64,000 nucleotides of DNA from a bacterium (GTDB lineage Bacteria; SAR324; JACQKK01), in the NCBI GenBank assembly GCA_965240465.1, contig OZ251219.1, positions 1,056,001 through 1,120,000 on the forward strand. Direction: 5' to 3'. A program made the translations under genes and the position numbers. Below are positions 40,885-50,611 of the stretch, piece after piece; position 1 is the stretch's first letter; each line of letters begins with the position of its first letter. The notes under the pieces are model-generated. The model was given only the letters and a program-made list of their open reading frames with translations. It did no database searches and was not told where the DNA came from.

Positions 40885-43485
40885 ATGGGGCTATCGCTGT
40901 CTCGTTTTACACAGAAAGCCCAGGAATCTATCTTGGCAGCTCAACAGCTGGCTAAGGAGAAGCAACACGCTAAGATAGACCCTGAGCATCTGTTACTGAC
41001 GCTAATTAAACAGCCTGATGGACTGGCACACGGGATGCTGGTACAATCCGCTGGCGATCGGAATGGAGTAGATAAATTGGCGTCTCAATTGGAGCGTCAT
41101 TTAGAGCGATTGCCTAGGACGGCTTCATCGGGTACTCAGCCATATGTATCCAAGAAATTGCAGTCTGTGATTGTACGCTCTGAGCGTGAAGCAGCTTCTT
41201 TGCGCGATGAATTTACAGCTCCAGAGCATTTATTGATTGGCTTATCCTTAGATCATAGTGGGGTAGCTCAAGAGTTGTTGCGTAATCATGGGATTAATCG
41301 TCAGAGTGGTTTGGGGATTTTACGAGAATTACGGGGTAGTGGGAGTAATCTGGGGGAAGTGGAGAATCCGTTTGGGGCTTTGGACAAGTACTGCGTAGAT
41401 TTAATCCAGCAGGCTCGTTCAGCTAAGTTGGACCCTGTTATTGGTCGTGATGATGAGGTACGCCGCGTAATTCAGGTATTGAGTCGGCGACGCAAAAACA
41501 ATCCTGTCCTTATTGGCGAGCCGGGAGTGGGGAAAACAGCCATTGTAGAAGGTTTGGCTCAGCGTATTTTGGCGGGCGATGTGCCAGAGTCTTTGAGGAA
41601 TAAGAGGATTATGTCGCTAGATTTGGGAGCCTTGGTGGGAGGTGCTAAGTTTCGCGGTGATTTTGAGGATCGGGTGAAGTCCATCATCAGTGCAGTGGAG
41701 AGTGCTGCTGGTGCAGTGATTGTGTTCATTGATGAGCTGCATACCATTGTGGGGGCGGGGGCTTCTGAGGGTACGCTAGATGCTGGCAATATGCTTAAAC
41801 CAGCATTGGCACGTGGCAGTCTTCGCTGTGTTGGTGCTACCACTCTGCAGGAATACAAGAAATATATTGAAAAAGATCCTGCCTTAGAAAGACGCTTCCA
41901 GCAAATCATTGTGAACGAGCCTAGTGCAGAATCCACCATTGCCATTCTGCGGGGACTCAAAGAAAAATACGAAGTTCATCACGGCATTCGCATCAAGGAT
42001 TCTGCTATCATTGCGGCGGCTAGATTATCTGAACGCTACCTCTCAGAACGCTTCCTCCCCGATAAAGCCATTGATCTCATTGATGAATCATCTGCTAATC
42101 TCTGCATTGAAATAGATTCACTACCCACCGAACTAGATAAAATTGACCGCCGTGTCATGCAACTAGAAATAGAAGCCCAAGCCCTTAAAAACGAAGACGA
42201 CCCTCCTAGCAAAGAACGACTCAAAAAACTGGAAAAAGAATTGTTCTCCTTAAAGCAAAACAGCCAAGAAAAAAAAGAAAAATGGCAAAAAGAAAGAAAT
42301 GCTATTCGCTCTATCAGAGAACTCCAAGAAAAAATTGAACGCACCAGACAAGAAGAACAAGAAGCTCAAAGGGCTGGCAACTTGGAACTGGCTGCTCGCC
42401 TAAAATACGGCGTCCTTGATGAACTTAATAAAAACCTCACAAGTGCTAACCAAAAACTTCGCGACTTAGGCGGCAAACGCATGCTCAGAGAAGCCGTTGA
42501 AGAACAAGACATCGCAAGCGTATTACACCGCTGGACCGGCATCCCCGTAGAACGCATGCTCCAAAGCGAAAGACATAAACTACTCCAAATGGAAAAAACC
42601 CTCGCTTTGAGAGTTGTCGGACAAGCCCAAGCCCTGAAATCTGTCAGTAATGCCATCAGGCGTTCGCGGGCTGGTATCCAAGACCCTGACCGTCCGATTG
42701 CCTCTTTAATTTTTGCTGGGTCAACGGGAGTAGGCAAAACCGAACTGGCCCGCTCCTTGGCAGCCTTTCTCTTTGATGATGAACGCTCTATGCTCAGGCT
42801 TGATATGTCTGAGTACATGGAAAAACACTCCGTGGCACGCATGATCGGTGCTCCCCCAGGCTATATAGGCTTTGAAGAAGGTGGCTCACTCACCGAAGCC
42901 GTCCGCCGTAGGCCTTATTCGTTGCTGCTGCTTGACGAAATTGAAAAATCTCACCCCGATATATTTAATCTTTTTCTTCAAGTCATGGACTCAGGAAGAC
43001 TTACCAATAGCCAAGGTCGTACCGTTGATTTCCGCAATACCGTGATCATCATGACTACCAACATTGGACAGCAAGCCTTGCAAAATGGTCATCCGATTTC
43101 TCATCAGCAAATTGTCCAGCAAACCCGTGTCTCCCTGAGAAAATGCTTCCGACCCGAATTTCTTAACCGTCTTGATGAAATAATTGTATTCCAATCCATA
43201 GACAAGCAGGCTCTGGAAAAAATAGTGGACATTCAGCTGACAGACCTTCAGAAAAGACTCTCGGCACAGGGAATTCGTGTTTTTCTCTCTGCAGAGGCCC
43301 GTAGCTATCTTGCTAAGCAAGGATTTGATCCTCACTTCGGCGTCCGACCTCTGAAGAGGGTCATCCAGCAGGAAATTCTAGACGTTCTAGCTTCCAAAAT
43401 ACTGGAAGATGATCTCAAACAGGGTGATGTTATCAGGGTGATTAAGTCAGAAAAAGGAAGGCTAGAGTTCAATAAGGGGGAGTAG
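40885..43485 (+). CDS. clpB: ATP-dependent chaperone ClpB
   Basis: Two AAA modules (GEPGVGKT, GSTGVGKT) with a long coiled-coil M domain (AARLKYG); ggagg SD. Confidence 0.96.
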   Translation: MGLSLSRFTQKAQESILAAQQLAKEKQHAKIDPEHLLLTLIKQPDGLAHGMLVQSAGDRNGVDKLASQLERHLERLPRTASSGTQPYVSKKLQSVIVRSEREAASLRDEFTAPEHLLIGLSLDHSGVAQELLRNHGINRQSGLGILRELRGSGSNLGEVENPFGALDKYCVDLIQQARSAKLDPVIGRDDEVRRVIQVLSRRRKNNPVLIGEPGVGKTAIVEGLAQRILAGDVPESLRNKRIMSLDLGALVGGAKFRGDFEDRVKSIISAVESAAGAVIVFIDELHTIVGAGASEGTLDAGNMLKPALARGSLRCVGATTLQEYKKYIEKDPALERRFQQIIVNEPSAESTIAILRGLKEKYEVHHGIRIKDSAIIAAARLSERYLSERFLPDKAIDLIDESSANLCIEIDSLPTELDKIDRRVMQLEIEAQALKNEDDPPSKERLKKLEKELFSLKQNSQEKKEKWQKERNAIRSIRELQEKIERTRQEEQEAQRAGNLELAARLKYGVLDELNKNLTSANQKLRDLGGKRMLREAVEEQDIASVLHRWTGIPVERMLQSERHKLLQMEKTLALRVVGQAQALKSVSNAIRRSRAGIQDPDRPIASLIFAGSTGVGKTELARSLAAFLFDDERSMLRLDMSEYMEKHSVARMIGAPPGYIGFEEGGSLTEAVRRRPYSLLLLDEIEKSHPDIFNLFLQVMDSGRLTNSQGRTVDFRNTVIIMTTNIGQQALQNGHPISHQQIVQQTRVSLRKCFRPEFLNRLDEIIVFQSIDKQALEKIVDIQLTDLQKRLSAQGIRVFLSAEARSYLAKQGFDPHFGVRPLKRVIQQEILDVLASKILEDDLKQGDVIRVIKSEKGRLEFNKGE

Positions 43486-43550
43486 GAGTACAGCATCCCT
43501 TAGATTAGCAATCTATTTTTGGGTATGCTAAGGCTCTTGCAAAACAAAGC

Positions 43551-43913
43551 TTACTGAGCTCCTCTCGGTGAGGGATTAAGGAGTTCAGCTTTTTCATTGT
43601 TAGCGATGATAGGCTCGTTACTGGGAGAGTAAGTATATTTGAAGCCATAGCATGAGATGGCGATCTTACGTTCATAGGGTTCCTCTTTGATGAATTTCCT
43701 GAGTTTTTTGAGTAGTTGTCGGTAGGGGAGTTCTTCTTCCATGAGGCCGTAGAGGTTTTTATCTAGCATTTTGTGGTTTAGGGCTTCAATTTCGGTTCTT
43801 ATTTTATTACGGGCATCAGTTCTCATTTGTGGTTCACCTTCTGAAACGGTGAATCCCACGATGTAGTTAACTTTAGTGTGTCTGAGGGTTTTTTCAGGCT
43901 GGTGCAATGCCAT
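43551..43913 (-). CDS. Hypothetical protein, paralog of 49974..50285
   Basis: 120 aa, AAGGAG SD; N-terminal half aligns by eye to the 49974 ORF. Confidence 0.7.
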   Translation of the reverse strand: MALHQPEKTLRHTKVNYIVGFTVSEGEPQMRTDARNKIRTEIEALNHKMLDKNLYGLMEEELPYRQLLKKLRKFIKEEPYERKIAISCYGFKYTYSPSNEPIIANNEKAELLNPSPRGAQ

Positions 43914-44473
43914 TTGTACTCCTTTTTTGGAATGAAAACAATCTGTCAGGGTTAGTAATAGGAAAAAGGGTGTATGTTTTATAGTGGGGATGCGTAGTGG
44001 TGTCTTCTATTATAAACTGGTTTAAAGTTATGGGGGCTGAATCAATTACCTAGGGGTTTCATTTATGGGTTTATAGACTAGTAGTTTTTGGAAACGGTCA
44101 AGCTTTTGCGGCTAGCATCATTATATTCAAAAGTGATTTTTCAATGTCATACTCTAATTTTTTGTCTGTCATGTGCGTACTTCTATCCGATTATTATTGT
44201 GAGGATGTATATCTAAGCTTTTATCATTTATAAAGTGTTCAAAGTAATTAGCCGATGGTTTTTTCACATTGGACGCAAAAAACAATTATTTTAGTGGGAT
44301 TAATGTGCTTGTCTATAAAAACGTTTTAATTTTTGTATTAATATTTATCCATAATTTTTCTAATTTGTCAAAAATTGCAAATCCTTTGATATATTTTGTC
44401 AAAAGCAGATAATTTTTAGATACCCAGAAATTAAGAACGAATATATCTCATGATTTAAGGTTAGACTGTAGTA

Positions 44474-46264
44474 ATGGGTTATAAACAAATCTCTGAATAT
44501 GGCTTGATAGGCAACATGCATACCGCTGCTTTGGTGGGAACGGACGGTGCAATGGATTGGCTACCCATGCCGTTTTTTGATTCTCCCTCAGTGTTTGGGG
44601 CTATCTTGGATGAGGAGCGTGGCGGTCATTTTAAGATATGTATGCAGGATGAGTGCCGCAGGCAACAGTTTTACTATCCTGATACCAATGTGCTGGTAAC
44701 TAGATTTTTGCACGGAGATGGTGTCGGTGAGGTGCAGGATTTCATGCCGATATACTCAACGGCTGGCAGTGATAATCCGCATTGTATTTATCGGTTGGTG
44801 AAGTGCGTGCGGGGAGAAATTAAAATACGCATGGAGTGTTATCCGTCATTTGATTATGGTTTGGGTAAGCTGAATGTTCGTTGTAGTGAGCGAGGAGCCT
44901 TATTTGAGAGTGGCCAGCAACGGATGGCATTATTGGCAGATGTGGAGATAAACGAGGATAAGAAGGGGGTAACATCTCAGTTTAGGATGTGCCAGGGCGA
45001 GAGTCGGGCATTTGCGCTGAATTATGGAGTGGAAGGGAGTGAGACTGACCTGCTCAGTAACAAAGTGGATGTCAAGCAGGCCCTAAAGGATACGGTTGAT
45101 TATTGGCAGCGATGGGTTGCCAGTAGCCATTATCAGGGACGCTGGCGAGAGATGGTTAATCGTTCGGCTTTGACCCTAAAGTTACTCACATTTAAGCCGA
45201 CAGGAGCTTTGGTGGCGGCTCCCACTACCAGTCTGCCTGAGGCGATTGGTGGAGAGCGTAACTGGGATTATCGTTATATTTGGATGAGGGATGCTTCTTT
45301 TTCAGTGTATGCGTTAATAAGGCTTGGCTTTATAGAAGAAGCCTCAGGCTTTATGAATTTTTTGTTCAAGCACATTATCACACCACGTGATAATGGGGAG
45401 TTACAAATTATGTACACCATTCACGGACAAAAAGAGTTACCCGAAAAACAACTAAATCACCTGAGTGGTTATCGTAATTCAGCACCCGTGAGAATAGGCA
45501 ATCGGGCTGTTGATCAACTACAGCTAGATATTTACGGAGAGCTACTGGATGCCATTTATCTTTTTAACAAGTATGGTGGCCCGATCTCTTATGAACAATG
45601 GCAGGGAGTAGAAAGGCTAGCCGATTGGGTCAGCGATAACTGGCAACGAAAGGATCAGGGGTTGTGGGAGCAACGCAAAGAACCGCAACATTTTGTTTAT
45701 TCAAAGGTGATGTGCTGGGTAGCCTTAGACCGGGCAATTCGGATTGCTAGAAAGCGTGGCTTACCGGGTAATATATCAAAATGGTTCTCCCAGCGCGATA
45801 AAATATATCGCGAGGTGATGAAAAAAGGCTGGAATAAAAAGCTCAACAGCTTTGTTCAGTACTACGGTAGCAGTTCCTTGGATGCCTCCAACCTAGTGAT
45901 GCCCCTAGTGTTGTTTATTGCCCCTAATGATCCCCGCATGGAAGCCACTATTGACAGTACCATCAAGCATCTGGTTTCCGATTCTCTGGTGTTCCGCTAT
46001 CTCAATTTTGACGATGGCTTCAAAAGCGAAGAAGGTACTTTTTCGCTGTGTAGCTTCTGGCTAGTGGAGGCACTCACGCGGGCCAAAAGACTGAAAGAAG
46101 CTCGCTTGGTGTTTGAGAAAATGCTCAGCTACGCCAATCATTTGGGTTTATACAGCGAAGAAATATCTCCCACCGGGGAATTGTTGGGCAATTTCCCCCA
46201 AGCATTCAGTCATTTTTCACTTATCAGTGCCGCCTTAAACCTAGACCGTACTCTTGGTTCTTAA
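44474..46264 (+). CDS. Glycoside hydrolase family 15 (trehalase/glucoamylase-like)
   Basis: AAPTTSLPE-x2-GGERNWDYRY-x-WMRD, QLDIYGE, GLWE, YSEE, GNFPQAFSH. Confidence 0.93.
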   Translation: MGYKQISEYGLIGNMHTAALVGTDGAMDWLPMPFFDSPSVFGAILDEERGGHFKICMQDECRRQQFYYPDTNVLVTRFLHGDGVGEVQDFMPIYSTAGSDNPHCIYRLVKCVRGEIKIRMECYPSFDYGLGKLNVRCSERGALFESGQQRMALLADVEINEDKKGVTSQFRMCQGESRAFALNYGVEGSETDLLSNKVDVKQALKDTVDYWQRWVASSHYQGRWREMVNRSALTLKLLTFKPTGALVAAPTTSLPEAIGGERNWDYRYIWMRDASFSVYALIRLGFIEEASGFMNFLFKHIITPRDNGELQIMYTIHGQKELPEKQLNHLSGYRNSAPVRIGNRAVDQLQLDIYGELLDAIYLFNKYGGPISYEQWQGVERLADWVSDNWQRKDQGLWEQRKEPQHFVYSKVMCWVALDRAIRIARKRGLPGNISKWFSQRDKIYREVMKKGWNKKLNSFVQYYGSSSLDASNLVMPLVLFIAPNDPRMEATIDSTIKHLVSDSLVFRYLNFDDGFKSEEGTFSLCSFWLVEALTRAKRLKEARLVFEKMLSYANHLGLYSEEISPTGELLGNFPQAFSHFSLISAALNLDRTLGS

Positions 46265-46398
46265 ACAAGATTGAATTCCTCACTTTGCCTTACATCAATA
46301 AAATGCTAGAGTACTCCAGCAGTAGAACCAATGCTTAACCTAAATGGCAAAAAATACTAAAAAAGAAGCTGGTAAAAATACTGATCAGGTACGCAAGG

Positions 46399-47907
46399 AT
46401 GCATGCTTTATTAATCGCATTATGGCTGGGATTGTTCTTGGGATTGGTGTGGGGAGTTCAGAAACCCTGGGCAGTGGGAGTAGGTATTCTGCCCGCCTTG
46501 ATATGGGTGCAGGTCCTCATTTGGAGTAGCCACATCCGCTTTCATGGGGAGCGTACTCGCCCTAAGAAAAGACAACCCCAAAACCGACAACGAGCTCTGA
46601 GTAAGGCCTCACAGGCAGTAACTGGAGATAAGCCATTGTTGTCAGCAGGGAGGTTTTCCCGTTTTCGTTCTCAGTTGATGAAAACTCAGCAAAAGGGATT
46701 ACTTACTGGGCAACAACCCCAAACCCGCAGATTTCGTTTCTCTTCGTTTTCACCCTTGCCTAAACAACCAGACCCCCCCACGCAGATTCAGTCCGTACCT
46801 CCTAAACCTGCACTTTCTAGGCCTGTACCAGTTAAGCCTGCACCTACTAATTCTGCACCTACTAATCCTGCGATTGCTAAGCCTGTACCAAAAACTTTGG
46901 AAGAAAAACCTAGCCAGGACCGAACCTACAAGCCCTCTTCAGTACCCAAAATACTTGAGAACAAGGCATCAAAAGCATTGGCAGATCAACCATCAGTATC
47001 CGAATCACCCCCAAAACAGCTTACCCGAGTGCCAAAAACCCCCGTCCGCCAGAATACAAGCCAGCCATCTCTCAAGAATATGCCTCCTGAACTAAGCAAA
47101 ACTCGCCGCCAGCTAGCATCCCAAGGCACAATTGATGAAAGCCAAAACATGCTCGGCATATTTGATGACCTACGCATTCCACCAAAAAAGAAAACTAGCC
47201 TGCTCATCTCTGCCCAAAAACAGGTTAATCCTCAGCACCAAAAAAGCACACCCCCTAAAAATAAACTTAGCAAAATCGCACCGAAGGTATCCAGCCAGCC
47301 TAACAGGAACACTGCCAATCAGCCCAAAACCCAGCCCCTCAATCTGGCCACGGTAGCATGTGCCAATGGCGAATGGGAAAAAGCACGCCTACAGATTAAT
47401 AGTCATATCAGCCAGTCGCAGTCACCCCAACCTCAAGCCCTTAAACTGCAAACCATGCTAAACCTCCACGACGCTAACCCCGAAAACGCCTCCCAATACC
47501 TAGCACAATGGTTAAAACTACAACCCAACCTTGAGCTTGCCGATTTACAAGATCTCTGGAATTGCCTCCCTGATAATGCCAGTACAGATCTCACCCAGCT
47601 CACTCAAAAACAGACCCTCCAAACCCTCATTCAACAGGCACAAATATCCAAAAACTACCAAACCCTCCAAGATTGCTACCCCTTACTTAGCTCGCTCCTA
47701 GAAAAATTGGGCGAACAACAAGAACTCATCCAGTGCTTGAGGCAGCAACTCCAACTCCATGAACAACTGGGCGATATCCCCAAACAGCTTGAACTTATTG
47801 ACCAACTTGGCCGCCACTACTACAACATGAAGCAAACCAATGAGGCTCAAGCCTGCTACAAAGCAGGACTAAAACTCAAAGAACAGCTCAGCAACTCTGC
47901 TTCATGA
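46399..47907 (+). CDS. Membrane-anchored protein with P/Q-rich linker and helical (TPR-like) C-terminus
   Basis: 2 N-terminal TMs; LGRHYY...AQACYKAGL is TPR-like. Confidence 0.65.
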   Translation: MHALLIALWLGLFLGLVWGVQKPWAVGVGILPALIWVQVLIWSSHIRFHGERTRPKKRQPQNRQRALSKASQAVTGDKPLLSAGRFSRFRSQLMKTQQKGLLTGQQPQTRRFRFSSFSPLPKQPDPPTQIQSVPPKPALSRPVPVKPAPTNSAPTNPAIAKPVPKTLEEKPSQDRTYKPSSVPKILENKASKALADQPSVSESPPKQLTRVPKTPVRQNTSQPSLKNMPPELSKTRRQLASQGTIDESQNMLGIFDDLRIPPKKKTSLLISAQKQVNPQHQKSTPPKNKLSKIAPKVSSQPNRNTANQPKTQPLNLATVACANGEWEKARLQINSHISQSQSPQPQALKLQTMLNLHDANPENASQYLAQWLKLQPNLELADLQDLWNCLPDNASTDLTQLTQKQTLQTLIQQAQISKNYQTLQDCYPLLSSLLEKLGEQQELIQCLRQQLQLHEQLGDIPKQLELIDQLGRHYYNMKQTNEAQACYKAGLKLKEQLSNSAS

Positions 47908-47989
47908 TTTCTTAAAAATAAGCACCGACTGTGCAATACTGAATGCAAAACTAGTTAATGCTAACTGCTACTTCCATCTGAAAAAAACC

Positions 47990-49891
47990 ATGGCTGACCC
48001 TCAATCACCCCCCGATGACTTGCCAGCTACAGACTCAAAAAGTAATTACAAAGCAGAGCAAACAAACAACGCTCATCCCTCCCAATCTCATCAAACAGAC
48101 TACCAACCGCCCAGTTTGATGGCCAAAGATCGCACTCACCCTCTCTATCGCCTGCGACACTCGCTGGCACATGTGTTGGCTCAGGCGGTCTGCCAAATTA
48201 GAGATAAACCCCGGTTAGGATATGGTCCCCCCACCGAGAATGGCTTCTTCTACGATTTTGAAGTCTCCCCGCCCCTTAAAGAAGAAGAATTCCCACTGCT
48301 AGAAAAACATATGCACCGTATCATCAACGAAGACCAAGCATTCCATCAAACTTCGCTACCAAGCCAGCAGTTAATTTCGCAACTGGAAGACCAAAACCAG
48401 CCCTACAAGGTGGAAATGGCTAAGGAATTGCTCGCAGAAGGTAATCAAACCCTAAGCGTCTACAAAAATGGTCCCTTTGCTGACATGTGTGACGGGCCTC
48501 ATGTGTCCTCCACCATGAAACTACCTGCCGATGCCTTCAAGCTGGACTTCTTGGCAGGGGCTTATTGGAAAGGTCAACAAGGAAATCCCATGCTCCAGCG
48601 AGTACACGGGCTAGCATTTGCAACTAAAAAAGAATTAAGTACTTTTCTCCAGCAGAGAGAACTAGCCAAACAGCGCGACCATCGCAAACTCGGTCAGCAG
48701 CTACAACTATTCACCATCTCAGACGAAGTAGGCAAAGGACTACCCCTCTGGACGCCCCACGGAGCTACCATCTGTGCCGAACTAGAAAAACTAGCCTCCG
48801 AAATGGAGTTCCAAGCCGACTACCAACGCGTTTCTACCCCTCACATTACCAAAGAGCAACTCTACCATACCTCAGGACATCTTCCCTACTACAAAGACTC
48901 TATGTTCCCTCCCATGACAGCAGAAAATGAAACTTTCTACCTAAAGCCCATGAACTGCCCTCATCACCATATGATCTACAAATCTCAGCCCCGTAGCTAC
49001 CGAGATCTACCTCTGCGACTAGCCGAATACGGCATGTGCTACCGCTATGAGCAATCCGGCGAACTCAGCGGATTACTGAGAGTACGTGCCCTGAACATCA
49101 ATGATGCCCACATTTACTGCACTCTTGATCAAATCAAACAAGAACTAATTGATGTAATGCAAATGCACCTTGATTATTATCGCTTGTTTGGCATCACTCG
49201 CTATTGGATGAGACTCTCTCTTCCAGATTTGGACAAAACTAAATATGCAGGCTCCAAAGATACATGGCTAAAAGCTAATAAACTGATAGAAACCGCCTTG
49301 CAGGAACTCGGTCAGCCCTTCCACACCGAAATAGGCGAAGCAGCTTTCTACGGACCTAAAATTGATTTCCAAATCGCCAATGTGGTTGGCAGGGAAGAAA
49401 CTGCCTCCACTAACCAGCTAGACCTCATCATGGCAGAGAATTTTGGGCTTGAATATGTAGGTCATGACAATCAATTACACCGCCCTCATATCATTCACCG
49501 GGCTCCCCTTGGTTCACACGAACGATTTATTGCCTTTTTAATTGAACACTATGGCGGAGCTTTCCCCACCTGGCTGGCACCGATCCAAGCTATTATCCTG
49601 CCCGTCAGCCCCAAGCTCCACTTACAATACTCTGAAAAACTGCATCAAATGATGAAAAAACAATTCATCCGTACTCAAATACTCTACAACAACGAATCCC
49701 TAGGCAAACGCGTCCGTTACGCTCAAACCCAGAAAATACCCAATATCATTATTATCGGAGACCAAGAGCAACAAGATTCTAGCATCTCATGGCGTAGGCA
49801 CGCCCAAACCGACCAAATCACTCTCTCCTTAGACATCTTCTTGAAAAAAATACTTAATGAGATAAACTCTAGGCTTGATTGGAGAAATTAA
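47990..49891 (+). CDS. thrS: Threonyl-tRNA synthetase
   Basis: LRHSLAHVLAQAV, DMCDGPHV, RDHRKLG, LKPMNCPHH, AAFYGPKID, HRAPLGSHERF. Confidence 0.97.
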   Translation: MADPQSPPDDLPATDSKSNYKAEQTNNAHPSQSHQTDYQPPSLMAKDRTHPLYRLRHSLAHVLAQAVCQIRDKPRLGYGPPTENGFFYDFEVSPPLKEEEFPLLEKHMHRIINEDQAFHQTSLPSQQLISQLEDQNQPYKVEMAKELLAEGNQTLSVYKNGPFADMCDGPHVSSTMKLPADAFKLDFLAGAYWKGQQGNPMLQRVHGLAFATKKELSTFLQQRELAKQRDHRKLGQQLQLFTISDEVGKGLPLWTPHGATICAELEKLASEMEFQADYQRVSTPHITKEQLYHTSGHLPYYKDSMFPPMTAENETFYLKPMNCPHHHMIYKSQPRSYRDLPLRLAEYGMCYRYEQSGELSGLLRVRALNINDAHIYCTLDQIKQELIDVMQMHLDYYRLFGITRYWMRLSLPDLDKTKYAGSKDTWLKANKLIETALQELGQPFHTEIGEAAFYGPKIDFQIANVVGREETASTNQLDLIMAENFGLEYVGHDNQLHRPHIIHRAPLGSHERFIAFLIEHYGGAFPTWLAPIQAIILPVSPKLHLQYSEKLHQMMKKQFIRTQILYNNESLGKRVRYAQTQKIPNIIIIGDQEQQDSSISWRRHAQTDQITLSLDIFLKKILNEINSRLDWRN

Positions 49892-49973
49892 GCTGATTTT
49901 TTACTTGAATATGAATTTGTCTCGTGTGAAAATTAAGAGTGAGGTTTATTCAATCATCAAAAAGAGTTAAAGC

Positions 49974-50285
49974 ATGAGAGTCCAAAAACCAGAGGATGTA
50001 TTAGAAAATCCCCACGTCACTCACTTATTCGGCTATAATGTCAGCGGCGAGGAGGAAAGATCCAAAGTCATTAAATCTCAAATAGAGCAGTACATAGAGC
50101 CACTAGAACAAAAATGGTGCATAGGCCAAATTGTCTACGGAATACAACTCCAGGGATGTGGTCGGCGTTTCATTGATAGACTGGGGCATAACATCGGTAA
50201 TACCGGTAACAGTGCTAATTTCACCCTGTTTATTCTTGAATACCCCGGTATTTATGCCAACATTTCCATCAAGCGTTCTCTTTAA
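49974..50285 (+). CDS. Hypothetical protein, paralog of 43551..43913
   Basis: 103 aa; shares the PE-x2-L-x4-V-x4-G-[FY]-x-VS and YG pattern. Confidence 0.65.
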   Translation: MRVQKPEDVLENPHVTHLFGYNVSGEEERSKVIKSQIEQYIEPLEQKWCIGQIVYGIQLQGCGRRFIDRLGHNIGNTGNSANFTLFILEYPGIYANISIKRSL

Positions 50286-50353
50286 GCATAGCCGAGAGAT
50301 ATAGCCAGTCCTCCGACAGACCGATTATTTTCTCAATCTTATCAAGCACACAA

Positions 50354-50381
50354 CCCCCATATCCCTCCTAGGGATTGGGGG
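50354..50381. other. GC-rich hairpin at a C-rich/G-rich composition switch
   Basis: cccccaTatccct-cct-agggattggggg, a 12-bp stem with one bulge. Confidence 0.6.
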
Positions 50382-50611
50382 GAGGGGGGCGGTGGTTTTG
50401 GATAATCACACATGTGGCCCGCGTTATAAACAGATATTACGGTAATTGCGACATAAAAAATGGGAGGTACGCACATCCACTTACTGGTTATTTTATCTTC
50501 ATCAGCTTGATAAAATACTTGATAACAGGTAGTTTGGGAGAAATAATCACTACAGGTTTTGATTTTTCAAAAAATGTGTTATAAGGAAGTCAGTCGTTAG
50601 GGAGATGTTTT

